Shown here piece after piece: positions 30,233-42,312 of a DNA stretch of 64,000 nt. The notes under the pieces were generated by a model that saw nothing but the letters and a program-made list of their open reading frames with translations, searched no databases and was not told where the DNA came from. Position 1 is the stretch's first letter; each line of letters begins with the position of its first letter. The stretch lies in contig NIVC01002934.1 in NCBI GenBank assembly GCA_002269645.1, forward strand, positions 1 to 64,000. Direction: 5' to 3'. This stretch comes from Macrostomum lignano. Taxonomy: Eukaryota. The position numbers were made by a program, and so were the translations under genes.

Positions 30233-30927
30233 AGAAATATATCTCGAAATCTACTTTTCAATACTTAAACATTCCTGATCTCTACTTCTCAGTCTCATAC
30301 CTCCCCCAATTGCGAACCTCTCCATCAAAGTCAAACCGCTGATTCAGCTAAAAGAATCAGAACCCGAACCAACGCAAATAAAGTTTGGGTTCGCTGGGCA
30401 CCAATATTCAAATGAATGAGGACCGGAGTTGAGAGAGATTCATGGAACCGACCACGGGAAAAAACCCCGTTGTAAAAAATCCCAGCGGTGACGCAATCAC
30501 TCAGCTCGCCGTGGAAGCACGGGGAGGAAGAGATAGATGAAGGAGAAAGAGGCGAACGGGAAAGAAAGAAATTATCACTGAAGTGATCTAGAACAATAAC
30601 AGTGAGCCTTTAAACCTTCACACTGCTCACAAAAGATGTTGCAAAACTGATGAAGATTTAAGATTGACGGCAACTGTTACACGCGCGCCTGCCACAGCTC
30701 ATTTCCGAATGTTCTGTTGTCACTTTTTTGTGTCCGCGTCTCTGCATCTACATGCCGGACAGAGATGCGCGGCCGATATCTACTCGATAATCTGGCCGAG
30801 AAATTTTTCGGACAACAGGCGGCGGCGGGCTTTGTCCGGCAATATTTATTATGAAATTGAGGACTTTGATTTAATAGAGGGTCGATTTACCTTGAACTGT
30901 GGGAAGCAGCAACATTGATCACTGGCC

Positions 30928-31270
30928 AATCTCAGACTCTCCCCCATTGATCAATCTCAGACTCTCCCCCATTGATCAATCTCAGACTCTCTCCCATTGA
31001 TCAATCTCAGACTCTCTCCCATTGATCAATCTCAGACTCTCTCCCATTGATCAATCTCAGACTCTCTCCCATTGATCAATCTCAGACTCTCCCATTGATC
31101 AATCTCAGACTCTCCCATTGATCAATCTCAGACTCTCTATTGATCAATCTCAGTCTCTCCCATTGATCAATCTCAGTCTCTCCCATTGATCAATCTCAGG
31201 CTCTCCCATTGATCAATCTCAGGCTCTCCCATTGATCAATATCAGACTCTCCCATTTATCAATCTCAACT
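30928..31270. repeat. ~22-24-bp minisatellite with palindrome ATTGATCAAT
   Basis: About 15 copies of ATTGATCAATCTCAGACTCTCCC. Confidence 0.93.
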
Positions 31271-33183
31271 CTCCTCTTTTTGTAAGTCGCGGACTCTCCA
31301 CAGTTCTATTTAGAGATCCCATCAATCTCAGACTCGCCCTCTATTAGAGTCTCAGACTCCCCCAGATCAATAGCTCAAATCCAGACGCTCAAGTAAATAG
31401 CGCGAGTGAGCCAACTGAAAACGTGACTCACTAACACTTTCACTCACTCCATCAGCCCAGCACGGATCAGTCAGAGATCTCCACGCATCAGATATTGAGC
31501 AGAGACTGCAGCAGCAGCAGCAGCAGCCGCACTGTAACTCTGTCTCTTAGCACCCCCAGTGGACGTTAAATTATTCAGTCACGGAATGAGGAACCCAGCG
31601 GGATACTTGGCAGTCATTTTGTAAGCTACCTACCTATCCCTCTACTCAAGCAGCTGCTCAGCGAACTCGACGCGGGTCATGCAAGACGGACTGACACCCA
31701 CACTGGGACCCGATAATAAAAACAAGCAGTAAAATTGCCACACGGCGGAGCATCTTGAAGCCGAGCTGCCAGTCTTTCAGATTGTTTTTATCTCCCGTTT
31801 TCCCTCCTCTCCCCCCTCCTCCTCCTCCTCAAGGAGTCGTAAAAGTCGAATGGGGAACAGTCAGTAATAAAAAAGTCCTGCTTAATATGTAAACACAGTC
31901 GTCAGCGTTAAAAAAGCCAAAGTTATATCCTTGTCTCGTTTGGCTGCCTCGTTCTTAAAAAATGATCCTTTTATCGCCCGACTCGATGGCCAAGGAGATC
32001 TGGAGAGGGGAATCTCAGTCCAATCTTCTACTGACCTTTGAATAGCTCTTGCTTAAAATAACCGATTTCGTAGAATGGCCTTTTCTTAGAGTTGCCGTTG
32101 GGTTGTCGTGCGATTCACGCCCATGAAATGCAACTCCTAAGGCACAGAAAGTGTACATTCCTGACGATTAGAAGTTTATTTCAGCATTCTTAGTTTTAGT
32201 ATAGTGGACTAGCGCACTTGTCCCCCCGTAAGAGGGGATTCCCACGCCAGATGCTTCAGTCCAGTGCACCGCGCCTTTGACTCTCTCTGATTAACTTATC
32301 TGACACTAGGATCCCGCAGGCGGACCGAACCCTGCACCCCCACCCCCCCCCCCCGACTTTCAATCGATCGATCAATTCTCGAGCTCCTTCGAGTCTCGAT
32401 CCCCCAGCATAGCTAAAAGGCCATGATACTTTGCTCATACCAACCGGCTTTTTATTCGATTTCTCCTCAGATCCCAGGATCAGATGGATGCGGCCCCGTA
32501 TAGGATGGCATATTCTCTGTCTCTCCCCTCTTTTAGCTTAGAGTCCATCAATTTCTTTTGGGAAGGGATCAAAGTCTCAAGTCAGTTGGAGTTTATCTTG
32601 CCATATTATCAGCGATTAAGTACTAGGGAGGAAACTGTGCGATCGCGCAAGTTGAGCATACAGCCAGATCGATAATCTATAAAGCAAAATTTCTGCAACC
32701 CATCTTGCGACAAAAATGTTTTCGTGTCTTTTCTACACATAGATAGCTAGTATAGGCAAAAATTGTAGCAATTTGAAAGGCAACAGAACCAGGTTTGCTG
32801 GGCCTCTTGAAGCAACTTGAAGCCAATTGATGAGGCTGCGACTGTGGCCACAAGTGGCCGTCATCGCGGTAGGGTAAGAAAAACTTCAAAGCGCTGCAGA
32901 GTTCTGGTAAAAAAAATATTGCTACAAATTTTCTGTCAACTGCGTGGATGTAGAAGTGGGCTCGGGCTGCTTGATGAAGTAGCTGAGCGAGTGAGAGAGT
33001 CTGCAAGTATCCAAATTTTTAAGTTGCGGCTGCTTTGAAAACAATATTGTCTGAAACGCCGGCTGCGTTGCCAAAGCCTCTTCTGCTTGCTTGCTTGCGG
33101 CCTCCGACACAAAGTCGCCCTGTGTGGCGAGTCATTGCTGCATATCCACGTGGCTGTCAACTGCTTTATTGTGAACAAGTAGT

Positions 33184-33460
<277 letters not shown>

Positions 33461-33495
33461 CAATAAAAATTCCCAAATCCTTTCTCCACCATCAG

Positions 33496-33809
33496 CCTTG
33501 GGATCTCTGACAATCTGCGGTCCCCGCGGCGCAGCCCCATCCTCTGTCAGCGCCGGCGGCGGTGGCCTGTCGACCTTCACAATGGACAAACCGAGGCGCG
33601 ATCAGCAGCAGCCGGACAGCTGCGGCGGCTCTTCGACGATGCGGACGCCGCCGCGACTGACTCGAAACTTCGTTGGCTACGGCGGAGGCGGCGGAGTCTC
33701 GGAGCACCTGTTGAATGCAGGACCCTACCCGACCCAGCAGCAGCAGCAGCAGCAGCAGCAGCACCCATTATACCAGCAGAGGCTGTGCAGCGAGAGTCGG
33801 CTAGTCTGA
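33496..33809 (+). CDS. Protocadherin exon 4/4 (C-terminal tail, WIRS-like LSTF, polyQ)
   Basis: Acceptor CCATCAG|CC, phase 1, matches exon 3; reads [10 protein letters not shown]...[10 protein letters not shown]...QQQQ...SESRLV-stop. Confidence 0.7.
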
Positions 33810-34917
33810 ATCGCCAATCATTTTAGGGGCATTTTCTAATTTAAAATTAAAAAGCAGCAGTCAAGTGACGATTCCAAGACAATTTCAATGTTAGTCAAAC
33901 TTTTCGATAATTTCTCCGTTTTTATTAACATAACTTTGCGCTCGATTTCGTTAAATTTGGTTTCTCTGACCATATTTTAATTACTTAGCTGGTTTGAATT
34001 GTTTTCGGACTAGTTTTGCTACTGTAAGTAGGAAAAACAGGGCATGCGTGTAAAAATATTTGCTTTTTTTCGCCAAAATTCTAACGCTAAAATTTGGGGT
34101 AATTAATATTGTAATCATTAAAAAAATCTCATCTCTTTGAATACAATTCAAACCCAAAATTGTTTCTTTTGCTTCACACTCTATATAATCTACTTAATTG
34201 TGCGTGTTACACTGAGTAGTATTAATAGCGCACGCGCAGAAAATTTCTATGCACAGTTTTCAAATTTCGCTTACTGATAATTACTGATTGGCGCCTAATT
34301 GATAGCAGAGCGATTGAGTTCTTGTTGAGCAAAATGCACGCTTGGATTTCTGGCCGAAATAAAGGTTCATCGCAACATATTGATATGAGTAGCAAAAGAA
34401 GAATTGATTATTGCGCACGCGCATATTCCACACTGACTAATTATATTATACTACTTATTATATGTTTGCTTGTTTTGCTTGTTCGTCGTGAAGCTTATAA
34501 AATACAAATTTATATTTAGTAATGTGTTACACGAGCTAATGCTTCAACTACTATGCTAAAAATACAATTTGTTAAGTCTTTTTGAAGTCGGTTTTTCCAA
34601 TAGAATTGTACAGTATGAAAGCAAATGGACCGACATTAGAGAATGCAATGGTGGGTCGGTAATAAAAAGCACTTTAAAAAAACGAAATGTATTTTGACCA
34701 CTAACTCTGTGCTTTGCAAAGCGTGACAACCGCAATTCAATACCTTAGCTAATAAATAGTCCCATCTGGTTGTCAAAGGGTGTCTAATCTGGTGTCTAAG
34801 AGGTGTCTAATCTGGTGTCTAAGAGGTGTCTAATCTAGTGTGGTGTACATTACAAGAGATAACTAAACGGGCACCCTATGATAGCTACTGTACCAAATAG
34901 TTTTGTTATCACAGCAG

Positions 34918-35267
34918 TCACTTCACCTCGTACACTGAGTTCATTTTATCTCCGCCACAGAACTCGGACTTGGTCAGAGCAGATGTGATTTTGCTCTCAC
35001 TCAGGAAGCCCATACAGGCTCTGTCGCAATAGTCGTCTACCTGTTTGCCGTAGGAGCCAAACGTGTCGTCGCAGAAGCACTCGGTGCCGCCCTGAGCCCC
35101 GTAGAATTTCGCGCCGACTTCCTTGCACAGATCGTTGCACATTTTTAGCGTCATTTCATTGGACGAGTGGGCGTGGTACTTCAAATCGTGCTTATCTGCT
35201 TTGTCAACGTAGCAGCCCTTATATTCAGACTTGTGCTTCTTGCTTTGAAAAATACGTTTGACAAACT
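34918..35267 (-). CDS. Secreted single-WSC-domain protein, exon 2/2
   Basis: Acceptor AACGCAG|AG, phase 1; WSC pattern YKGCYVD...MTLKMCNDLC...FYGAQGGTECFC...CDRACMG...CGG..MNSVY; TGA at 34920-34918. Confidence 0.88.
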
Positions 35268-35484
35268 CTGCGTTTTACGAATTGAGAATATACTTGTTAA
35301 AGGCTGAAATGCCTCGTAGTTTTCTTTAAGTTTGAAATATTCTTTGGACTAAAGGAATTCGGTTTTTGGTACCGGGAAGCTTTAAATATTTTTGAAACCT
35401 CGCGGATCGCATTTTACAAGACCTGAATTATTGTTCTTCAGTGACCCGACGTACTTTTAGAAGCCCTGCAAATTCTCAGAGATC

Positions 35485-35670
35485 CTAGCACTCCTTCAGA
35501 GACCCGAGACACTGGCACTCCTTCAGAAACCCCGGCACTCCTTCAGAAACCCCGGCACTCTTTCAGAGACCCCGGAACTCCTTCAGAGACACTGGCACTC
35601 CTTTAGAGACCCCGGCACTCCTCCAGAGACCCTTGACACTTCTTTAGAAGACTCTGACCCTCCTTCAGTC
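35485..35670. repeat. ~20-bp degenerate minisatellite in the WSC gene intron (GCACTCCTTCAGAGACCCCG)
   Basis: About 8 copies. Confidence 0.8.
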
Positions 35671-35781
35671 GGGGGTCCTAATGCTCCGTTCAATATTCTT
35701 TGTCTTACCTGACACAGAAATGTATCACTGTAAATGACAGCTGGGTTTTAAAAAAAAAACTAAGTTCACATGTTTACTCAC

Positions 35782-35863
35782 TGCACGCTTCACCAGATTC
35801 AAAGCAGAAGAAATTCAAAAGCATTAGGACAACCATCAGCACAGGCCAGTTGAGCGATGCCAT
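35782..35863 (-). CDS. Secreted WSC-domain protein, exon 1/2 (signal peptide)
   Basis: MASLNWPVLMVVLMLLNFFCFESGEAC; phase-1 donor A|GTGAGT joins exon 2 in frame (143 aa total). Confidence 0.8.
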
Positions 35864-37330
35864 GGACTAACAGCACCTGCTGTTAAATTAATATTATCTT
35901 CGTTCCGTGGCTTCAGTTATGTAGCAACTGCTTCATTCCCAACAAACAATTATATAGAAGCACCGATTGAAGCTTATTAGCTATCGCATAAAGAATTTCA
36001 AAGTTCCGCATTAGATCAAATAATTGCAACTCACAATTAGTTTGCTCATAGACCACGCTTGACCATAGAGATCATTTGACTATTATAAAAGTAACGGAAC
36101 GGTCGTATTATCAACTCTATGCAAATAAGACCGCGGTTTTGTGGAAGAGAAGATCATAAAGGTCCCGGCTACGAATATGCAGGGCTGCTGAAATTTACGA
36201 TGAAAAGAGGACAAAGATTTTTATTAAAAGAATATGGTGTCCTATACTTTCATGTTCACGATATTGCAAAAATCCCTTACAGCATTTTTATCGCATTATT
36301 CGCTTTAACAAATGCTACTGTGTTTAGTACAAATATTTTGCACTCCAGGTGCTGCCTTACTGCGATTAGCAATTTTATTTTATAATACATAACTTTCTTT
36401 CTTTTTTACGTTAATATGTTAACAATTAAAAAAGTTAAACAGTGGATTCACTGTGCGGCGACTATTCAAATTTTCAATTGACACGTAAAATCACAATTGG
36501 ACCGTGCTTTATTTATTTTTTTATAGCTACCAACAGCAATCTCTTTCTTAAATCTCTTCATATGCTTTGTGCCGCCGAAAGTTTGTAGTGTGGATTATCA
36601 TGAACACTTGACAAATGACAAGGAATAGGGCGTAGGAAAAATGCTTTGAAAAACCTTACATGATATATATCATTTGGAAACTTATTGTACTCCGTAGACC
36701 AATTGTCAAGAATGATTGCACCTAGCAAACATGTCTTAAAATTTTGCTACCCAAGACCAAAGGCTCTAACTTAAGTGTATAGTTTTAGTTTCAGTACTTG
36801 GTAAATTGTTGTACTATGATATTAATAAAAAAAGTAGATTAATATATTATAACCAGTATAATTTATCTTCTAAAACTTCACATTTGTAGCACCTTAAAAG
36901 GCTTTTTGTCAGAAGTATCAAATATTTATCATTTAGCTACACTTATTTGCTTGTTAAAATATCAGATTTTCTACATTTTAGTTGCAAATTGTGCATATTT
37001 TGAAGCTTCAAATGTAAAAAAAGATAAACATGTTACATGTTTTATGTAGTCTTAGGTAATTTGCAGCATCTCATGATCCTCCCAATTTTTTATTGTTAAA
37101 GTTTAAATTTAATAGGCCTAGTTATAATGCATTTATGGCAATAAATTTTAATATATATTATACAAAAAACCTAAATTATATTAATTTTGTTTTTACTAAG
37201 TTCCAAAAATTCTCAATGCAAAATATTGCTTTATTGTTAATATAACTTCTAATAGTACATGTGATAATTCTATATTTTGTGCATGAGCTTTGAAAATCCA
37301 CAGCAAAAGGATTTATAAGCATCTTGTAAA

Positions 37331-37558
37331 ATGTTGTCTACTCTAAAACAATCTGCATATATACTAGCCAAGAATAATCTTTGTCCAAGGTTAGCATCAA
37401 AATGGGCCTTTGTTGATGCTAAATTGTCTGAAGTAAAAGATGCTGGCACATGGAAAAATGAGCTCATGATTCTTGGTAAACAAGCCCCATCAATTAAAGT
37501 TGATGGACAGGCTAAAGAGATGCTGAACTTCTGTGCAAACAACTACCTAGGCTTGTCT
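37331..37558 (+). CDS. GCAT: 2-amino-3-ketobutyrate CoA ligase (glycine C-acetyltransferase), mitochondrial, exon 1/5
   Basis: Presequence-like acid-free N-terminus; LNFCANNYLGLS motif; donor TCT|GTGAGT. Confidence 0.9.
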
Positions 37559-37640
37559 GTGAGTTGTTTAGCTTTATTTAGATTAGCTAAATGTTTCAAT
37601 ACAAAATTTATAACTTTTTATCTATTCTGACCTCTTTTAG

Positions 37641-37730
37641 AGCCACCCACTAGTTGTTGAAGCAGCTATTGAAGCAATTAAAACCCACGGCAATGGTTAC
37701 AGCTCTGTGAGATTCATTTGCGGAACCTCA
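37641..37730 (+). CDS. GCAT: GCAT exon 2/5
   Basis: TTTTAG|AGC; SHPLVVEAAIEAIKTHGNGYSSVRFICGTS; donor |GTAAGC. Confidence 0.9.
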
Positions 37731-37814
37731 GTAAGCTATTTGACTAGCTTTTGCCACATTTGTCTGTTTATTGAGTGCTGCCTCAGTTGCCTTGGGCGCC
37801 ACCATCCTTAGCAC

Positions 37815-38330
37815 AGACTCCAAGTCAGACTCCAGTCAGACTCCTAATCAGACTCCAGTCAAACTCCAGCCAGACTTCAGTCAGACTTCAGTCAGACTCC
37901 AGTCAGACTCCTAATCAGATTCCAGTCAGACTCCAGTCAGATTCCAGTCAAACTCCAGTCAGACTCCAGCCAGACTCAAGCCAGACTCCAGTCAGACTCC
38001 TAATCAGACTCCAGTCAGACTCCAGCCAGACTCCAGTCAGACTCCAGTCGGACTCCAGTCAGACTCCTAGTCAGACTCCTAATCAGACTCCAGTCAGACT
38101 CCAGTCAGACTCCAGTCAGACTCCAGTCAGACTCCAGTCAGACTCCAGTCAGACTCCAGTCAGACTCCATTCAGACTCCATTCAGACTCCAGTCAGACTC
38201 CAGTCACACTCCAGTCAGACTCCAGTCAGACTCCTAGTCAGACTCCTAATCAGACTCCAGTCAGACTCCAGTCACACTCCAGTCAGACTCCAGTCGGACT
38301 CCAGTCTGACTCCAGCCAGACTCCCAGTCA
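37815..38330. repeat. 11-bp minisatellite filling GCAT intron 2 (GACTCCAGTCA)
   Basis: About 45 copies. Confidence 0.95.
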
Positions 38331-38349
38331 AACTCCCCCCCCCGGGCAG

Positions 38350-38784
38350 GATCTGCACAAGCAGCTGGAGGCGAAGATCGCGGCATTCCACGGCCGCGAA
38401 GACGCCATCCTGTACCCCAGCTGCTTCGACGCAAACGCCGGCATCTTCGAGGTGCTGCTAAACGACGCGGATGCTGTCATTAGCGACGAGCTGAATCACG
38501 CCTCCATCATTGACGGCATCCGGCTGAGCAAAGCGCGAAGGCTGCGCTACGCGCACAGCGACATGGGCCACCTGCGCCGTCTGCTCGAGGAGTCGCGCGA
38601 CTGCACAACGCGCCTCGTAGCCACCGACGGCGTGTTCAGCATGGACGGCGACGTTGCCAAGCTGGCCGAGATTGCCGCCCTGGCTAAAGAGTTCAACGCT
38701 GTCACCTTTGTTGACGAGTGCCATTCGACTGGCTTCCTGGGGGCGCGGGGCCGCGGCACCGAGGAGCACTGCGGCCTCGAGCAG
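38350..38784 (+). CDS. GCAT: GCAT exon 3/5
   Basis: DLHKQLE...SCFDANAGIF...SDELNHASIIDGIRL...ATDGVFSMDGD...FVDECHSTGFLG; class II PLP-enzyme (AONS/KBL/ALAS family) motifs. Confidence 0.95.
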
Positions 38785-38859
38785 GTGAGCCGAGTGGCCT
38801 GAGGCCTCGGGATTTCGAAATTCAAACTTTCTTTTCGAGATCCCAATCTTTAAATCCCA

Positions 38860-39380
38860 ATAAAGTAGATCCTTCTAAACTTTAAGCCCCAATGACTATA
38901 TCCCTTCTAGTCCTAATATCTAAATCCCAATAACTATATCCCTTCCTAATCCTCTAAATATCTAAATCCCAATGACTAGATATTTCCTAATCCTCTAATA
39001 TCTGAATCCCAATTACTAGATCTTTCCTAATCCTTCTAATATCTAAATCTCTATGAGTTGATCCTTACTAATCTTCTAATATCTAAATTCCAATGACTAG
39101 ATAGTTCCTAATCCTCTAATATCTGAATCCCAATTACTAGATCTTTCCTAATCCTCTAATATCTAAATCCCAATGAGTAGATGCTTCCTAATCCTCTAAT
39201 ATCTAAATCCCAATGAGTAGATGCTTCATAATCCTCTAATATCTAAATCCCAATGACTAGTCTTTCCTAATCCTCTAATATCTAAATCCCAATGACTAGT
39301 CTTTCCTAATCCTCTAATATCTAAATCCCAATCAGTAGATCCCTGCTAAATCCTCTAATATCTAAATCCCTATATCTAGA
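38860..39380. repeat. ~38-bp minisatellite in GCAT intron 3 (CCTAATCCTCTAATATCTAAATCCCAATGACTAGA)
   Basis: About 13 degenerate copies. Confidence 0.9.
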
Positions 39381-39410
39381 TCCCAGCGCTCTGATCCCGC
39401 CCACCCGCAG

Positions 39411-39674
39411 GGCTCCATAGACATTGTGAACAGCACCCTAGGCAAGGCCCTTGGCGGAGCAGCCGGTGGCTACACCTGCGGCCCGACGTCCGTGGTCAGC
39501 TTGCTCCGCCAGCGCTCGCGGCCCTACCTGTTCAGCAATACGCTGCCGCCTGCGGTGGTCGGCGCGGCTATCCGGGTGTTCGACTTGCTGGCGAGCGGTG
39601 AGACCGATTGGCCGCAGAGGTTGCGGGACAACACCAGGAGATTCCGCGGCGCCATGCAAGAGGCCGGCTTTCAG
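39411..39674 (+). CDS. GCAT: GCAT exon 4/5 (PLP-binding lysine)
   Basis: DIVNSTLGKALGGAAGGYT; RQRSRPYLFSN; donor CAG|GTTCGC. Confidence 0.95.
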
Positions 39675-39734
39675 GTTCGCTGCGGCTGGGTGGATGATAG
39701 ACAGGAGTGGGATGAGAGGTAGCTAGAATAAGGC

Positions 39735-40185
39735 GGAGAGGTAGACAGCATGCTGAGGAGAGAGGTAGACAGCATACTGAGGAGAGAGGTAGACAGCATA
39801 CTGGGGAGAGAGGTAGACAGCACACTGGGGAGAGAGGTAGACAGCACATTGGGGAGAGAGGTAAACAGTACACGGGGAGAGAGGTAGACAGCACGCTGGG
39901 AGAGGTAGACAGCACACTTGGGAGAGGTAGACAGCACACTTGGGAGAGGTAGACAGCACACTTGGGAGAGGTAGACAGCACACTTGGGGAGAGGTAGACA
40001 GCACACTTGGGGAGAGAGGTAGACAGCACACTTGGGGAGAGGTAGACAGCACACTTTGGGAGAGGTAGACAGCACACTGGGAGAGGTAGACAGCACACTG
40101 GGAGAGGTAGACAGCACACTTGGGGAGAGGTAGACAGCACACTGGGAGAGGTAGACAGCACACTAGAGAAGAGGTAGACAGCACT
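39735..40185. repeat. ~21-23-bp minisatellite filling GCAT intron 4 (GAGAGGTAGACAGCACACTTGG)
   Basis: About 20 copies. Confidence 0.94.
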
Positions 40186-40205
40186 CATCCTATATGCACT
40201 GGCAG

Positions 40206-40448
40206 GTGGCGGGCGACCCGGACTGCCCGATCTGCCCGGTGATGCTGTGGCAGGAGCGGCTGGCGAAGGACTTCGCTGAGCGGATGCAGTCAGCAGGGAT
40301 GTTTGTGGTGGCCTTCAGCTACCCGGTGGTGCCACGCGGCAAGGCCCGCATCCGGGTGCAGCTCAGCGCCGGCCACTCGGCCGAACAGATCGATCGAGTT
40401 GTTGGCGAGTTTGTCCGAGTTGGCCGAGAGCTCAAAGTGGTGGCCTGA
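40206..40448 (+). CDS. GCAT: GCAT exon 5/5
   Basis: PICPVML...FSYPVVPRGKARIRVQLSAGH; TGA at 40446-40448; joined CDS is 419 aa. Confidence 0.95.
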   Translation: MAGDPDCPICPVMLWQERLAKDFAERMQSAGMFVVAFSYPVVPRGKARIRVQLSAGHSAEQIDRVVGEFVRVGRELKVVA

Positions 40449-40667
40449 TTTGACTCTGGTTATCGAGTGTCTCATTAGAAACTATCGTTTTTGATGACTA
40501 ATTAGAGTTATTATCATGATCGTGGGAGCGATTTTTTGCCGCGATCTCAACTGCCGATCTTTTCTAAGATAGGATAAGGGGTTCAGGTTTTTTATTTTTA
40601 ATCTTTTAGACTAGTGACAGCTTGGCATTCTGGTTTCCAGTTTGGCATTCTGATGCTTAAAAACACA

Positions 40668-40870
40668 GGTTTGGGTTTAGGTTTGGGTTTAGGTTAGGGT
40701 TTAGGTTTGGGTTTAGGTTTGGGTTTAGGTTAGGGTTTAGGTTTAGGTTAGGGTTTAGGTTAGGGTTTAGGTTAGGGTTTAGGTTTGGGTTTAGGTTAGG
40801 GTTTAGGTTTGGGTTTAGGTTTAGGTTTAGGTTTGGGTTTAGGTTTGGGTTTAGGTTAGGGTTTAGGTTG
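40668..40870. repeat. Degenerate interstitial telomere-like hexamer array (GGTTAG/GGTTTA/GGTTTG)
   Basis: Hexamer period with several canonical TTAGGG units. Confidence 0.85.
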
Positions 40871-41659
40871 GAGTTTCGGTTGGTGTTAAGGTCGGCAGTC
40901 AATCGCCCCAGACCCCCATATCGATAAACATTTTGGTGAATCTCGTATTCGTTTGTTTTGGTTTTCACAAGTCTTATTCCATTAGTTTTATAAAATACTC
41001 ACATTCCATTATAGTTTTTGACATAGCATAAAGCATGGGCTTCCTTCCCACTTTATTTATTTATTTCTTTGCTTGTTTTATTTCTATACAAATTTTTGGT
41101 GACTCGGAGTTTTTCATTTTTTCCGCGTTCTTTTACTTGCTCTACTGCTAATCTCTATTTTACATGGAAGCTGTGTCATTATGATCTCTATATTGCATTC
41201 AGTGTGCGCTATTTTTCATATTTCAATCCAGCAAACACCCAAAATGCAACGTTGTTTGTGCGAGTAAATAAATGCTAATTAAGTGCCGTGTAATCAGCGT
41301 AATAAATCAATGCAGTTCTCTCGTATCTTTTTGACTGCCTATTAGTTAATTACAGTATCTCAGGCTCCTACTCATTTGTCTGGGCTGGGCTATTTCGGTT
41401 GCCTACCAAATCTACCTTCCTATCCACCCAATTTCGTCTACCTGTTATATCTGCCTTATTTACCTATCTACCTATTTTATCTGCCTATACCTATCTACTT
41501 ACTTATATCTACATTTAGATACATGCCCAACCCACATATCCGCCTACCCTCGAACTTGTTGTTGGGTAGGGAAGGTCAAATGTGGGGGGCTCACCGCCCC
41601 CCAGACCCCACTCCGCCACACCTCAACCCCGACTTTGTTGTTGGGTAGGGGAGGTCAAA

Positions 41660-42312
41660 TGTGGGGGCTGGGGGGCTCGCCGCCCCCAAACCCCTGGCTT
41701 GTGTAAGGCTAGTGGGGGGCTCGCCGCCCCCAAACCCCTGGCTTGTGTAAGGCTAGTGGGGGGCTCGCCGCCCCCAAACCCCTGGCTTGTGTAAGGCTAG
41801 TGGGGGGCTCGCCGCCCCCCAAACCCCTGGCTTGTGTAAGGCTAGTGGGGGGCTCGCCGCCCCCAAACCCCTGGCTTGTGTAAGGCTAGTGGGGGGCTCG
41901 CCGCCCCCAAACCCCTGGCTTGTGTAAGGCTAGTGGGGGGCTCGCCGCCCCCAAACCCCTGGCTTGTGTAAGGCTAGTGGGGGGCTCGCCGCCCCCCAAA
42001 CCCCTGGCTTGTGTAAGGCTAGTGGGGGGCTCGCCGCCCCAAACCCCTGGCTTGTGTAAGGCTAGTGGGGGGCTCGCCGCCCCAAACCCCTGGCTTGTGT
42101 AAGGCTAGTGGGGGCTCGCCGCCCCCAAACCCCTGGCTTGTGTAAGGCTAGTGGGGGCTCGCCGCCCCCAAACCCCTGGCTTGTGTAAGGCTAGTGGGGG
42201 GCTCGCCGCCCCCCAAACCCCTGGCTTGTGTAAGGCTAGTGGGGGGCTCGCCGCCCCCAAACCCCTGGCTTGTGTAAGGCTAGTGGGGGGCTCGCCGCCC
42301 CCAAACCCCTGG
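41660..42312. repeat. 44-bp GC-rich minisatellite (GGCTAGTGGGGGGCTCGCCGCCCCCAAACCCCTGGCTTGTGTAA)
   Basis: About 15 near-identical copies, flanked by degenerate CTAC/CTAT tracts. Confidence 0.95.
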
